From contig NC_134025.1 of NCBI RefSeq assembly GCF_964204645.1, forward strand, positions 21,117,101 through 21,181,100: 64,000 nucleotides of DNA. Direction: 5' to 3'. Positions 10,621 to 23,537 of this stretch are shown one piece after another; within the stretch, counting starts at the first letter, position 1; every line of letters begins with the position of its first letter. The notes beneath the pieces are model-generated. The model saw nothing but the letters and a program-made list of their open reading frames with translations, did not search any database and was not told the DNA's origin. This DNA is from Tubulanus polymorphus (Eukaryota > Animalia > Nemertea). Position numbers and translations under genes: made by a program.

Positions 10621-12950
10621 TAGATCAACCTACTGGGAACTGGCTGCGGTTGGAAGTTGGAAGCAATGCGCGCGATATGAATATTTGTCTTGAGTGGCGA
10701 TCTCTCTACTTGTAGATATTTTTGGAGTCGTAAAAGTTGTAGAATGTTGATTATTTAGTATGCAACTATAATGGAAAGGGATTAAGGCTTTGACGGGTGA
10801 TGTAAAAAGAGTTAGTTGGGGACATTCGAAAAGAGAAGTTGGAAGTAACGTTGAGCGAGAATTGAAGCGTTCAGTCGGAGAGTTTTTAAGTTCAGTTAAG
10901 ACCGTTGGAAAACCGAGATATCAGATTGGGGTCAAAAGTACGGGAGAAGCGTCGACAAATACTTCATCTTCTTGTTCGGGTTTACGACTAAGTGATGCGG
11001 CAAATCTCTCCTTACCATTATATCATAGAAATGACTTCTATTAGTTTCCTGCCTAAAAGCTCTGCTATTTTTCTGTAAAAGTCAGTTCATCTCTGCTGAT
11101 CGATGTTCAAGGCAGTCGAACCCATGGCTAGGTTAATAAATCTTTTCGCGCAGTTAACTTAGGGCATCATTTTTTTAACGATAATCTGCGTGAATTGACT
11201 AATCAATTGTCTCGGTGTCCTCGTCCGGCACGCGCACATGTCCCAGGGGTCTCATTTTTGCACTTGAACCCATAGTCAACCGTGAAGTCACGTGGCGCGC
11301 GTGGCGTGGCCAATCATAGACCCGCACTTTCGTTCCAATGCAAGGGCGGTCGCAAACCTATATCATTCAGACGCGCGCGCGGAATGGGATACTCGAACTG
11401 ATGTTCACTCGGGTGTGCCCTCCCTGACTTCAGAACATAATCGTTGCGGATAACTGCAGTTGGTTTACGCTAAATTTGATAGAAATTTAAGCATCCGAGT
11501 TGATGTATGAATCTCCCCGTTGCTCCCCCCGGACGCCCGGACCGCGACGACAATTGATTTCTGCCCATGCAAATATGTTTGTCCCGACCCGTCCCGGACA
11601 TTTTACAAATATTTCGTTGATACTGGATTTCCTTATCCTCGCACACTATGATTGTATATTCCGTTCATCGAATGAGCATGTCCATAGATAATTTCCAGCA
11701 GAGGTGATGCCCGCCAGGAGAAGGTCAGCTTGCACCCGGGTGGTGGTGAATTAATCGGAAACTAAACTTCGCCCAGCCGTATTACTCGCCTTTAAGAGGT
11801 GGACAAGTGACCGGAACCGGACCTATTAGGGGAAGCTGTAATTTACAAGTTAGATATTTCACAACAATAGAATACAATTGAATCTATCAGATTTATTTAA
11901 CTGCAAACCATTTCCATGGTTAACGGAGGAAAGAGATTTTCCAATCATTTACAAAAAGCAGAAAGTAAAAGCATAACAACCGTTATTTGCAATTCATTTC
12001 CACTATCAAAGACATTTCAATAAATCTAGCTTTTAGGCTTAAGTTAAATTTCTTCAATAAATCAATATGCAAGTTTCCTAAAGATGTTTACGTTTTAGGT
12101 GTTTTGAGATGTTTTCATGGAATTCATAAAGTAATTTTACGATGAAAAACATTAAGTAGTTCATCACATCACCAAATTGCAGGGGAATTATCTGTCGATA
12201 CTGTAATCCTGAACCGGTCCAGGAGGGTCTGCCCTCTTACGGCGGTTGGACCAACGATCGATAAATCGACGCAACACTTCTTTACCGGACACTGTCGCCA
12301 TTTTCACATTCTAACCACTTTTAGCAATAGAAAACTACCCAAAACGTCAGGGTTATGACATTACGGTCGTATTCATTTAAGAGCCTGAAGACTCGATGAA
12401 CATCTGTGTACATAATCGAAGAAAACCGTGAAATGATATCGGAAAATCCGACGATTTAATCCAGACAATTCCAGAAATTTTTGATTTTTTGGGTAAGATA
12501 GACTCTTCATTCAAAATAAATTCAATATTGTCATTTGCCTCGGCTGATTTTTAGGCCAGCGTTGGTTTAACTACATATTCAGTTGCTGCATTTGCGGTAA
12601 CGTTTTTCTCTTTTTACAGCGCTAACTCTTAACCGAACTCTCCCAGTCCCACTCCCACAGTCCTCTCTATATGGGCACTATGGCCTAACGTATCTTTTCT
12701 ATGACCAGGTCCAGTATCCTTTAATGTTAGTAGTACCATAATAGCCTAAAAAATCTAAGGGCCAACTTTATTTTCCAACTGGATTATCCATGGTATGTTT
12801 TGTCAAGAGTTTGTGAGTGATTTATTGTCTCATCCCCACCTAGGTTTTAAGTAAGCCAGTTTTGTCTCTAAAAGCTTGCTACATTTGTACGATGAATTAA
12901 AAAAAGAACTGAAAATATCTGACTATACAGCACCAGCCTGGAAGTATAGA

Positions 12951-14439
12951 CAGTCAGGAACACTTTCCAAAAACGGCTTATTCTGCCAATTTCGGCGTTT
13001 TCCACCAATTACGGCAGAATCAGCCGTTTATGGATCACTCAGTTTTGAAACTTTCACAGTCGTTTATGGCTTAATCAGCCAGTTTCAGCTCACTAAGTTT
13101 CGAGTTTTGCTTTAAAGTTTTTTGCGCACTTCCGGTTCAATAAGCGCATGTTGCCGATGACGTCATAATCTCGAGCAGACGATAAGCTTTCATATGACGC
13201 TAGGATGGAAATTTTTGAGCTAGGAAAAGTGGTCAAATTTACGTTTTTCTAAATGATTACGTCATATGAAGCCCAAAAACTCCGGGAAAACTCTCAAAAC
13301 TACTACAGCATGAAACAAGTTTATTAATCATGATTTTTGTCAAAAATGAATTTGGGAACTAGTTTTAAAAACTATTATAAAGTTTTCAAGTAAACGTTGC
13401 CATGGGTACACATAAAAACATTCGCCATTTCTGGCGTATTCCGCCGTTTTTGGCATAGTTAGTTTTATAATCATAAACTATTAAGCCATTATTGGCAGTC
13501 TACTTGTTATATATGAGGATTCCCCCACCCACTTAGACGTTTCCCCTAGTGTCCACACGGTACTTTTTTCGGAATAAAATAATTAATTTGCTGAGGTGAA
13601 CGGATGTGTAAATATTATATGTTAAAAATAAAAATAAAATTATTATTATTATAATTATCATTCTCATAAGACAAATCAATCATGGATGTATAAACTAGTG
13701 TATCAAAAATCTAGTTTTAAGTTTTGCCCATGGTCTTATCTTGCCTAATAAAGCATAGAATGGTTGAGGGATATATTGGACTGCATATGATGTTGGTTAG
13801 GCCTAATTGAAGGTAATTAACATCTTCGATGCCTCCAAGCTAATTGATGGATTCTTGTGATGGATAGTGATTGAATGAATTGGTGGCCGATGACGTTACA
13901 ACTCAAAATCGATACAGCTGTATCTAGACTCATTTCAAAATACAACAAACATTTTCGAAACAATTTGGGATACATGTATGTATATATTTATTTCATAGAA
14001 TACAGGTATACAGAAAGAACAGAATTCAAATACATTTGCCATCGGAAACCCATACATTTATATTTAATTCTTTCTTGAAGCCTGGAATGGATCAATGAGA
14101 TTAATTTTTCGGCGCAAATATACAAATGTATGCCAGCAGAAAAGCGATGATGTCATAATAGGGACTCCCATCGAACTAAGCATTATAAATAGCACCTGTA
14201 AAACTATCTAATCTAAAAACGCTGTTTCTGGCGATGTGGTTTTAAAAACTGTAACAGCTGAAAACGGCGGAAATGGCGTTTTTTAAGAATTAGCCAAAAA
14301 TGGCAGAAAACGCCGATTTCGGCTAAATTGGCAGAAGCAGTTTAAAACTGAGTAATCCATAAGTGGCTGATTCTGCCGTTATTGGCGGAAAACGCCGAAA
14401 TTGGCAGAATAAGCCGTTTTTGGAAAGTGTTCCTGACTG
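12951..14439. mobile_element. Non-autonomous DNA transposon, 1489 bp, ~100-bp TIRs, 5-bp TSD ATAGA
   Basis: CAGTCAGGAACACTTTCCAAAAACGGC... at 12951 and its reverse complement ending at 14439; ATAGA at 12946-12950 and 14440-14444; no transposase ORF. Confidence 0.9.
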
Positions 14440-14858
14440 ATAGATAACTACAATAACTACTAAAAAAAAACAGTGCGTTCGACAAGTAGGGCCACTGATT
14501 CCAAGAATGACAAAATTACTATGAACACTTGAAGTAAATGCACCAATCGCTATCCAGTTTTGAAATATTTTTGTCAGACCCCTGTGCACCATGGTATGAA
14601 TTTAAAGAACCAAGTACGGAGGGCGCTTCATGTTATAAATACAAGTGAAGGCCATGTGTTGACATTATTTCGTCCGAGGCTCTTTCTGATAGGCCTACTG
14701 GTTACTACTGACTTATCTCTTGGATTTAGAAAATTCAAGAAAGTGAAAAATTGGAATTTGAACCCACAACCTGCGGTGAACAATTTTCTGCTATAGGGTC
14801 TAGCTGCCGGAACTTAGTTTTAGATACTTGTAGCCTTCCACTTAGGCCTAACTCTGAT

Positions 14859-14918
14859 CCTAACCCTTTAACCTAGCCCTAGCCCTAATCCTAATCCTAA
14901 CCCCAAAACTTTAACCCT
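14859..14918 (+). repeat. Degenerate (CCCTAA)n-like simple repeat
   Basis: cctaaccc/ccctagccctaatcctaatcctaacccc. Confidence 0.55.
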
Positions 14919-15563
14919 GATTGTAACCATTATTGTATAAATTGAACTTTTCAAATTGTATGGTTTGTTAGCCCAATTATTCTAGTATCCAGCTAAAGAT
15001 AGTATTCTGATTGGTATGTTAAGCTGAATTCATGAATTTCATTTGGATGCTTATATGTGGTGTAATGGAAAAGTATATATTGGCAACTGACCTCTTGCAA
15101 CTGATGGAGGCTAGTCACAAACCGTTGTTGACAATAGCGTCTCAACCGACCGTCACACCTGTGCCCATGTTCTCATCAAATACTCTGATCTAGCTCTCAG
15201 TGTATACATAGGGGTAAGTTCTTGCCTTCTTAAAGGAATAATGGTCATAGCAAGACTATGCTAGAGTATGATCTTCACCTGCAGTCAGTTGATCTTTCTG
15301 CTCTGTTAGAATTGTTGGAATTTGTTCCTGGCTGTTGTTGCTTTATTTAAGCTTGGCAGATGGCATATATATTACTTTTGGTAGAAAAGCTCTCAACGTT
15401 CATGGATAAATCTTCCAAGAAACTATGAAAAAAATGTATTTATTTTGAAGTTCATGGCATCAGAGAGCTTTGATTGAAAAATGTAAGTGTTAATTCAACT
15501 GGATAATTACATGAACTTACAAATGTAGGGCCTCTCGTGAAATTGAATTCTGTCTCAAAAGAT

Positions 15564-15688
15564 CTGGGGTCAGCTCAAAAGTTGGTTGAAGATAACCATT
15601 GGATAGTTGACATAATTGAAAGTTCATTGTTATTGTGGAATTTATCTGCCGGTTATCTTTAACCAACTTCTGTGCAACTGGCCCCTGG
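15564..15688. mobile_element. Palindromic MITE, GGGCCAGTTG..AAAAGTTGGTT family (also about 32235-32360, 44737-44973 twice, 51369-51491)
   Basis: ~120-bp elements with long terminal inverted repeats, recurring in the window; PIF/Harbinger-like termini inferred. Confidence 0.75.
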
Positions 15689-16142
15689 ATATGCTTCCCA
15701 TGTTAGTATGTGATACACGGTCCTGGCAGGCTGGAGTCGCGTATCTTTATAATGGCTACGGTCCCAGTTTTGGATAGAAATTTATGAAGTATTTAATAGT
15801 AGCCTATACCTTGTTTCAAACTCAGTTGGCTACTTGATCATAATGTCATTGTGGCCCATTATGGAACAAAGCAGGCCCGTAGCCAGCCATGTCTTTGGGG
15901 GTTTGATTTTTCATGGAAGCGGAACTTTTTTCTTGATAGTGGAAATTTTTGTCAGGTACATGCGCAAATGTCTGGGCCTGAGAGTACTGGCGCAGAAAAT
16001 GTTTGAAAATTACATGCAATGAGAAGCAATTTCACAACTCGTTTATATTTGGGTCTTTTTCCTGAAATTTACCCTCAAATCAAATAAGTTTGGAAGCATC
16101 TGCTTATTTTGAACAAGTCTTTTTAAATCGATGCTCTGATTT

Positions 16143-16480
16143 TCTTACGGCCAGCAACTTCGTTAGGCCTTATTCGTTTTGGTTCTCGGGCTTCCGTTAT
16201 GAGACCTTAATTTCGTACTGTCTGTGTATCCATCTGTTTACCTGTGTCTGTCTTTCAACTACTTAGCTCATCAGTTATCAGTCGATCTTGATGAAACTTG
16301 GGTACAAATGTATGGAGTCTAGTTGTGCAATGCATAGAATGGGCCCAGTGTGCCACCTAGCGACAGAGCTAGGCGCTAAAATCTGTCTTTCAGCGACACG
16401 ACCTTGGCGATGACCTTATAACCGAAGTACGGGGTCGAAATTCAAAAAGTCGTCTTGACAAAAAGTAGCTATTTGCCCTG
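16143..16480 (+). mobile_element. HINE/DINE-1-like (Helentron-associated) non-autonomous element, decayed
   Basis: Short 5' hairpin, degenerate (TCTG)n tract, then tcgatcttgatgaaacttgg and gccacctagc cores; family assignment is by motif resemblance only. Confidence 0.4.
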
Positions 16481-17299
16481 TGGATACAACGTATCCAAAA
16501 TGCAATGGGAACTAACGTATGGTAATATCGGAGTTCGAGCCTGAGCCCGAGAACTATTGTCGCCTCTGGCTTTTTGCGGTCGACTAACTCGCTCTGGGAG
16601 GGATTTGGTGATTTGCGGCACCTAGTAGTCGACGTCGCCATGTTTATGTCATGTGATTAACCTAAACCATTGCGGTTTTTTTTTAAACGTTTGATCATGC
16701 GATCGACGCCAGTCGTCGGCGAAAGCAATCGCAAAAAATAAAAAAAAAATCATTTGCAGATAATTTCGAAAGCGCTGATAATCCGTTCGATATTCTGCTT
16801 CATCGAAAAAAAGGAGATAGTCACCAATATACCGAATGCAGTGTAATTCGGCGCGCCACAATTCGAATTGATAGAGCATCGAAGCGCGAGGTCGCGGCTG
16901 GGGTCGCGTTCTGGACAGTCGTCGATGCCTTTGTCCTTACCACAGCGAGAATATGATGAGTTCGAAACCTCGCATTGGAAACTGAGTATAACTCGTGTTG
17001 CGTCTGGAGCATTCAGCGAATACATTATGATGTAGTCGCTTGAAATAGAAACGACTCTCCCCACGCGTTGTGTCTGTAATGTCATTCTGGTTGCCATTGG
17101 TAACCGAAAATGACAACGACAACGGCAGCATCGTTCGTTCGCTTTTATATGTATTGGAAGCGTCTCGTCGGTTATATATCGTAGTCGCTCGATTATCAGT
17201 AATTCGTTGGCGTTATTATTCAAAACAAATCGGATTGAAATTTTTCTCGAGATTTGTTTAGGCGACTATTCGGCGTCGACGTCGTCGCCGGTGACGTCA

Positions 17300-17506
17300 T
17301 TTTCTTCTCGGTGTCTACTGCTGCTACTGCTGCTGCTGCTGCCGCCGCGTTGTTGTCGGATGAAAATTTCGGTGATGTATTTATTATGATAATCTGATTC
17401 TGTTGGTTTGTGTGCACAAATGGAATCCAGTCTACTTCAGTCACTGCGACGACGAATTCTTCTCGATTTCGGTTCTATTTGAGAGTTGTAATAGTTTAAT
17501 AATGAG
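17300..17506 (+). other. Klc: KLC distal first exon; ends in ATG-AG (17502-17506), giving MR|KKIEEIGKM; start approximate
   Basis: CpG-rich region with TGACGTCA at 17292; donor GAG|gtaatg; phase 2 matches the open 25 nt at the start of exon 26716. Confidence 0.6.
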
Positions 17507-18820
17507 GTAATGATCGCTGTTTTATGACGGCTGAATTCGCTGTTTTTGTTGTTGTTTGTTGTGTTTTACTTTTTGTTCGTTCGCTATTTTCGTTTTTTAT
17601 TCGATGCGCTGAGCGGAATTTTTTGAACATCGCAATCAATGCTCCCGAGATGATGATGATGTCCGAAATAAATGCTATTGCGCAGTATTTTTTTTAGCCG
17701 TCGGCGGCTGAGCTTTTCTTGATCAGTTCCGCGCATATATCTCCCTATGTTGTTTATTTACTCTTGTGAACATCGTTGCAATGATTCTAATTCTTGTACG
17801 CAGAAGTTTTATTCGTCATAAAAAAATGGCTTTTCGGGAACGAAATTTAATTATATTATTTAATTGTCTTATTTCATTATAAAAAGAAACAAGGAAAAAC
17901 GTCTTTTTTTTCTTGAAAAAAAAAAACCCTTGATAGTGTACGAGATGATCGTATTTGATTGGATCTGGTCAAAAGTTATTCTAAAAAAGACGTGCATAAT
18001 TTCATTTTAAAAAAAACAGGTAAAAACCTTTTTTTTTGGGAAAAAATAATCCTTGATAACGTGCGAGATGATCATAGTATTTAATTGAATCCGATCGAAA
18101 GTCATTTTCAAAAAGACATGCATAATTTTGAAACTTAATTGTGCATAATTTTGAAACTTAATTGCCAGTTTCTCATTTGGAAGTAGTAATAGTAAATTCT
18201 CCAATTTGAATTCGATTCTTGGATATCTTCATTTCTACTTTTTAGGCTTCGCTTCAGTTAGAAAGATTTTGGTCACATTATATATGTGTTCACGAGGATT
18301 TTCAAAGAAAGTTCTGAGAATTGAAATTCCAAGAACCGTAGATTATTGTTATGCAGATCTCTGGTCTACTATTAACCTGGTAGTAGTATTCCTTTACAAA
18401 TTAATTACTACCATTATTGAAAGTCACTTATTTCTAAGATTGTATTATTAGAAGCGCGTGTGTGTATTTTATCGGAACTTTCACAAAGGTACCTGGTTGT
18501 TTAGTTTTAGGAGGGTCGTTGTGATCGAGTTCATTTCGTGAAATTAATTTTTTAATTTTCTTATACGGTTGTTTTAGACTTATATATCCAAGTTGTAGAA
18601 CGTTAGTCTACCAGTTTTGACTTTGACTACCTTAGGGTATTTTGGCTTGAAGTATACAAACCCTGTAACATTTAGAAAAAAACTTGCATTATAGCTGACA
18701 AAGATCCCTTGTCTATTCCACAATTCTGGTTGAAAAAATTATATTAGAAAAATTAACAAATTCTATAAGAATCGACGTTGAAACTGAATGTCTTTCTATC
18801 TACCTATCTATCTATACTTC

Positions 18821-18963
18821 TGGACCCAGTTCCGTAGTCGAGACTTAAGTCCAAAAGTGGTCTCAATTCTTAAGACTTGTTTTAGTTTGTTAAATTGACT
18901 AAGTACTAAGTTGGTCTTTGACTGGTCTAAAGTCTAAGCCATGGCTATGGATGCGGCCTCTGG
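18821..18963. mobile_element. Palindromic MITEs with GGACCCAGTTCC-type termini (related copies at about 19968-20081, 25019-25090, 33299-33400, 33612-33722, 51258-51366, 6026-6156)
   Basis: Short elements bounded by inverted repeats with shared terminal motifs. Confidence 0.65.
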
Positions 18964-21102
18964 GACTCTTTTGAATATTTACCTTGAAATCTGAGTTCAT
19001 TTTCAACAACGCATACTTTTTGAAATAACTTTGACGACTGTGAATTTCTGACTTAAAAATTTTGGGGCCCGGTTAACTCGATGAAGGTCAGTCAAGTTAT
19101 GCTACTAGGCTTCATGTTGAAAACTGCAGCCATTGAATGAAAACCTCGTAGCAAGCTCAAGTCTCGATCTTGCAATCTGGTATAGACATGTCGCTACAAA
19201 AACAACATCTATTATAAGGCCTAATGAACGATTTAAACTATTTAAAGTATTATTCCTACATATGTGACTTGTTAATCCCCTCTAGTAGTGTTTGAAACTA
19301 CGGTAGCTATTCAGGTATTCGTGAAAAGGGGACTCGATTGCGAGTGTACGACCCATAAGTAAATATGTTGACTTTATCTACCGAAATCCGTCACAGTGTC
19401 GACGTGGACACGTACGCCCGCGCGTATAGGCCTATACCGATATTATTACCGATTTCATTATTTTCATTGACAGTCCGCTGACAAAAGCATATTCATATTA
19501 CTGCATATATCGCGCGACGAGATCTATTTTGCCTTTTTCGCGAACGGGAAATTATTATGATATTTTTCGGGCTTTAGAAAAATCGCGAGACCTCGGTTTT
19601 TAGTAAGAGAGAGAAGAGAGTAGCGCGCGGAATGAGAACCCCGGAAATATATGCGATCCTCGTTATATTATGTTTAACAAGGGATGAGGATTAGCGGGAT
19701 GCGGTCGGCCGTATACCTACCTACTTATTGTCGATCTAATCGATAACGCAATTTAGCCATAATTCATTAACGAACGACGATGATCGCTTGTTTCGCGTCC
19801 GTCGATATTCTCTGCGGAATAGGATCGCCTCCGTTTTGATATCGTATGCTATATGGTAAAAGACTGCGGTGGGGCCGGTTGCTCAAAGGTTGGGTAAAGA
19901 TTACCCTCGGATATAAATATCTTAGAAACGATGAATTTTTTATTGTCACTATATGTCAACTATCCACCTGGACCCGGTCTCACAGTTCTGAGTTGAGATT
20001 TGACTCTGAGTTAACTCATCGATAATGAACTCATTTTAACTCAAGAAGTTAACTAGATCTCGTTACTGTGGAACTGGGTCCTTGCTAACTCTAACTTACG
20101 TTTGAGCAACTGGACCCTGATTTCATCGTCAGATCTCGATTTGGAACCGCAACATCATTTACAGGATTATCTATTTGGTAATGCGTATGACATCCGAGTA
20201 GATTTTACAAATTTGGTTGACTCTTGTTACTGTCCATCGACAGCGACACGTTTCAAATATCGTCGTCTTCGAATCGGCGATTGAAATGTATTTCGTTTGA
20301 TTTGAAGAGATCATCTATTCGGTTTAAAAACGAGTTGATCGATTGTGAGATGTCTACTTCAAATGGCAGGAAGTTCCACGGTCGGTTTTTTGTAGCTGAT
20401 GAAGAAATTTTGACGGAAGGTTTTGTTCGTCTTCTGTTAGAAGTTGCGCCTGTTTAGCAAGATGTATTAGTTGGACTCACGCGTGTGCGTTCGCAATATC
20501 ATCGAAAAATTGCGCCGCCCGCTTTTGACTTCGACTCGAAATGTATAGGCGCTCCGCGTGGATAGATCAACTTTATTGATATTCCGATACGACGCGCAAG
20601 ATGTGGCCGCACGGAAATCGATAGATTCCGTCGGCAGCTTTTTGCCGATCTGTATGTATTATGCTAGTCTAGTACACGTATACGCGCATAATAATGATAT
20701 AGGAAAAGTTTTAGCCGAGAGCGAGAGAGAGAGAGACTAACTAACGCGGCGCACCGGGATCATGGCTCACGCTACTCCGAGCGAATCTCTTACGAATGTC
20801 TAACGTTCGTACATATATGTATAGATAAACCGATAAATTTGCGTGTTCCGTCGTCGTTCTCGTGATTTACCTTGAGAGTTTGAGAGAGAGAGAATTTAAC
20901 CGGGAATCTTTCGATCTCTCTCTGCGATAAAAACGGGAGCCCGCGCGCGAGCGTATTAACTCGGGGGTTGAATTCGATATCGAGAATGATTCGAATTTGT
21001 ATCGAATCGTCGAATTTATTACATCGGAACAAGCTGGCAGCCGAAAGAATATAGCGATTTTTAACGCTTTAACTAAACGCTTTAACTAAACGCATAATAA
21101 TA

Positions 21103-21167
21103 ATGTGGACTAATAACAATTACGAAGAGATGGAGTTCGAATCGGATACAATGAGGGCGTATGAATT
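21103..21167 (+). CDS. Klc: KLC alternative first coding exon MWTNNNYEEMEFESDTMRAYE(L)
   Basis: Donor TT|gtaagt, phase 2, in frame with KKIEEIGKMTAL; TMRAYELKKIEEIGKM resembles the N-terminal extension I recall from insect KLCs; lies at the end of a CpG/GA-rich island. Confidence 0.7.
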
Positions 21168-23340
21168 GTAAGTGTGTTGCTTCTATAGATTTGCCGCCTA
21201 TTGCGACGTTGCGTTATTGGTGCAAATTTAGCAATCTTGCATAGGTTACATTCTTGCACCTTAGATTATCCCCTAAAGCGGTCGTGTGTTTCATTTTTTT
21301 TAATCGGGCCAGTAATTTTTCAACGACCTTTTAACACACAACCGAGTAACTTAACGATTAGGGAGACTCATTACTCGGCAGTTCTTGGGCGATGAAACAA
21401 TGAGTAATTCTTAGACAGTTTTAAGTGTCCCGAGACCTGCTTAGTATAACTAGCGTAGTGACGGTTAGCTACTTAAAACAACCTAATCATATCAACGGAT
21501 GTAACGGATTAAAACTTTTAAATGCCCCGAGTGAACCAAACCCGCAAGGTGCGGTGCGGTTTCACAGAATTAATCTGGATTTTAATCGGTGAGGTTTAGG
21601 CAAATTGCAACGTTTCCAGGGTCGATCTATTTGTTCCGGCTACTGTCGGTTTCTTGTATTTGTAGATCAATATAGCTACTTGATGCGTTTCGGTTTTTAA
21701 GCCCCTATCGTATAGAAAAATGGGGCCATTTGAGCCTAGTTCGAGCTCTGATCTCATGCACACGCACGCGTCGACTATTTCTTATTATTAATTGATGATT
21801 TTGCTTTTGTCACGATATGTATTACAGCATATATAAAGCCATATATATATATTTCCGTATGGATAGAGGCTACACCTGTTACCATACAATATTATATAGA
21901 ATCCACTGCCAGAGGGAGAGGTGATCGGATAAAAATATTATCGATTGCTCGATGCATTATCATTTGTATGAGAGAGGGACTGCTGCTGATCACACATACG
22001 TTTGAATTCATTTCATATAGTTGTCAATCGGCTGACATTCATTTCATGCATAATTGTCAACCTGTGGCCGAGAACCGGCAGATATGCTGACAGTGTTCTT
22101 CTCCGCGGAAAGGGCGGCCACCCCTATCATTTTTACATCCACCCCTCTGAAAATCGGCCACCCCTCGTAGAATATTTGCTGCCCCTACCAGAAATAGAAG
22201 ATTACGCAAAAATTAAGCTGTATCTTTCGGATATTGAAAACGCTACTTCAGCAGCCGTAATGTTATACACTTAACAATGAATGCAAGAGCTCTTTTAAAA
22301 CGTATCAAGAATGCTGATTCATCTTTGAGTGTGAAGTCTATACATCACATTTTGTGGGTCCCGCGCAAGCCTAAGCGTGCAGTATTTCCTACAAATCTAC
22401 ATGTGGAATAGACCTGTCGGGTTGTTCGCATGATAATGATAAGGAATCCCTCATAGCGTCTGCTCTTTGAATTAGGGAATCGACAACAGACATAATTTGA
22501 ATTTTGATCTTTTTTGGTGAGTAAAAAAGGTCTAAAACGACAAATACCGATCGATGAGACTGAGCTTCAATGGTTCCCTTGATTTTATCTCAAAATTCGA
22601 CCTCACTGCAATGTGCAATTATTTGTATTCTAAGCTTTCCCTATTCGTGTCCGCGGTTCCGTTGTATTTCGGTTGAATTGTTAAACGGATAGAATATGAG
22701 ATATTTTATTTAATGAATTTGCCACATAGCCTACGCGTTGTATAGGCTCTACATTCGTTCGCGCTGGCATCTGTCGGTCCCTGGTGGTGTGCAGGGCACG
22801 CAGCAACGTTGTTTGTTACCGAAGTGGCGCTAATCGATATGTCATCTACATGTTTTTTTTTTTATTGTGTTTCATTCTGTTTTCTACAACGAGTGCGCAT
22901 GCAAAAAGAAATCATTATTCCATTATGATTTTTTTTCTGTTGTGGGATTCAATTATTTCAATTTGTTCTATTTATAGACAGCTTGTGCCCCGGTCGAACG
23001 CTTATTTCATTTTTGATCGTGACGTTATTAAATGTTGCAGCGACAAAAAGACGGCTATGTGCCTATGTCAAAAGGACAAAACAAGTATTCAAAAGATATA
23101 AGTCATAAGTATGCCGTGTATATGAATTGCTCATTGTATTGGTAAACGTGTGAATTGATGCAGCGGGAACCACAGCACCAGCCATCTGGCCAGTTGGTGT
23201 AATGAGCACTCAGTCTTGCGTTGTCAAAATTAATTCCACCATCGAAATTTCAGCAGGATATTTAGGTTCCCGAATCCATATAGGCCTATCATCACCAGAC
23301 CCATCAAACAGGCCTCGGCGTTAATTCACTTCTACTCAGT

Positions 23341-23537
23341 AGAGGCGCAGTGGCCGAGTGTTATAAGCCAACGGTCACTTGTCTTGTCAATCCAGGGTTT
23401 ATGGGTTCAAACCCTGGTGGCGACAGAGTTTCTTGGTTGAAGGTTCTTCTCTGGTCTCTCCCCATCGGGAAAAAGAAACATCGAACCCGCTTATAATGCC
23501 CTGTGTGGCGCTTAGCGGGTTGAGGGTGTTAAAAAAA
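23341..23537 (+). mobile_element. tRNA-derived SINE with 14-bp target-site duplication
   Basis: A box TGGCCGAGTG, B box GGTTCAAACC, A7 tail; CACTTCTACTCAGT at 23327-23340 and 23538-23551. Confidence 0.9.

Noticed and set aside
12188-12301. Short minus-strand ORF MATVSGKEVLRRFIDRW...
   Set aside because: Only 37 codons with no splice partner or recognisable family; probably a transposon fragment.
14859-14918. Interstitial telomere or chromosome-fusion scar
   Set aside because: Short and degenerate, with no head-to-head arrangement; more likely part of a repeat.
16390-17223. Minus-strand ORFs (83-157 aa) near the KLC promoter
   Set aside because: No recognisable domains; expected by chance in CpG-rich promoter and repeat DNA.
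23341-23425. Possible tRNA gene
   Set aside because: The cloverleaf does not close well, and it is the head of an A-tailed, TSD-flanked SINE.
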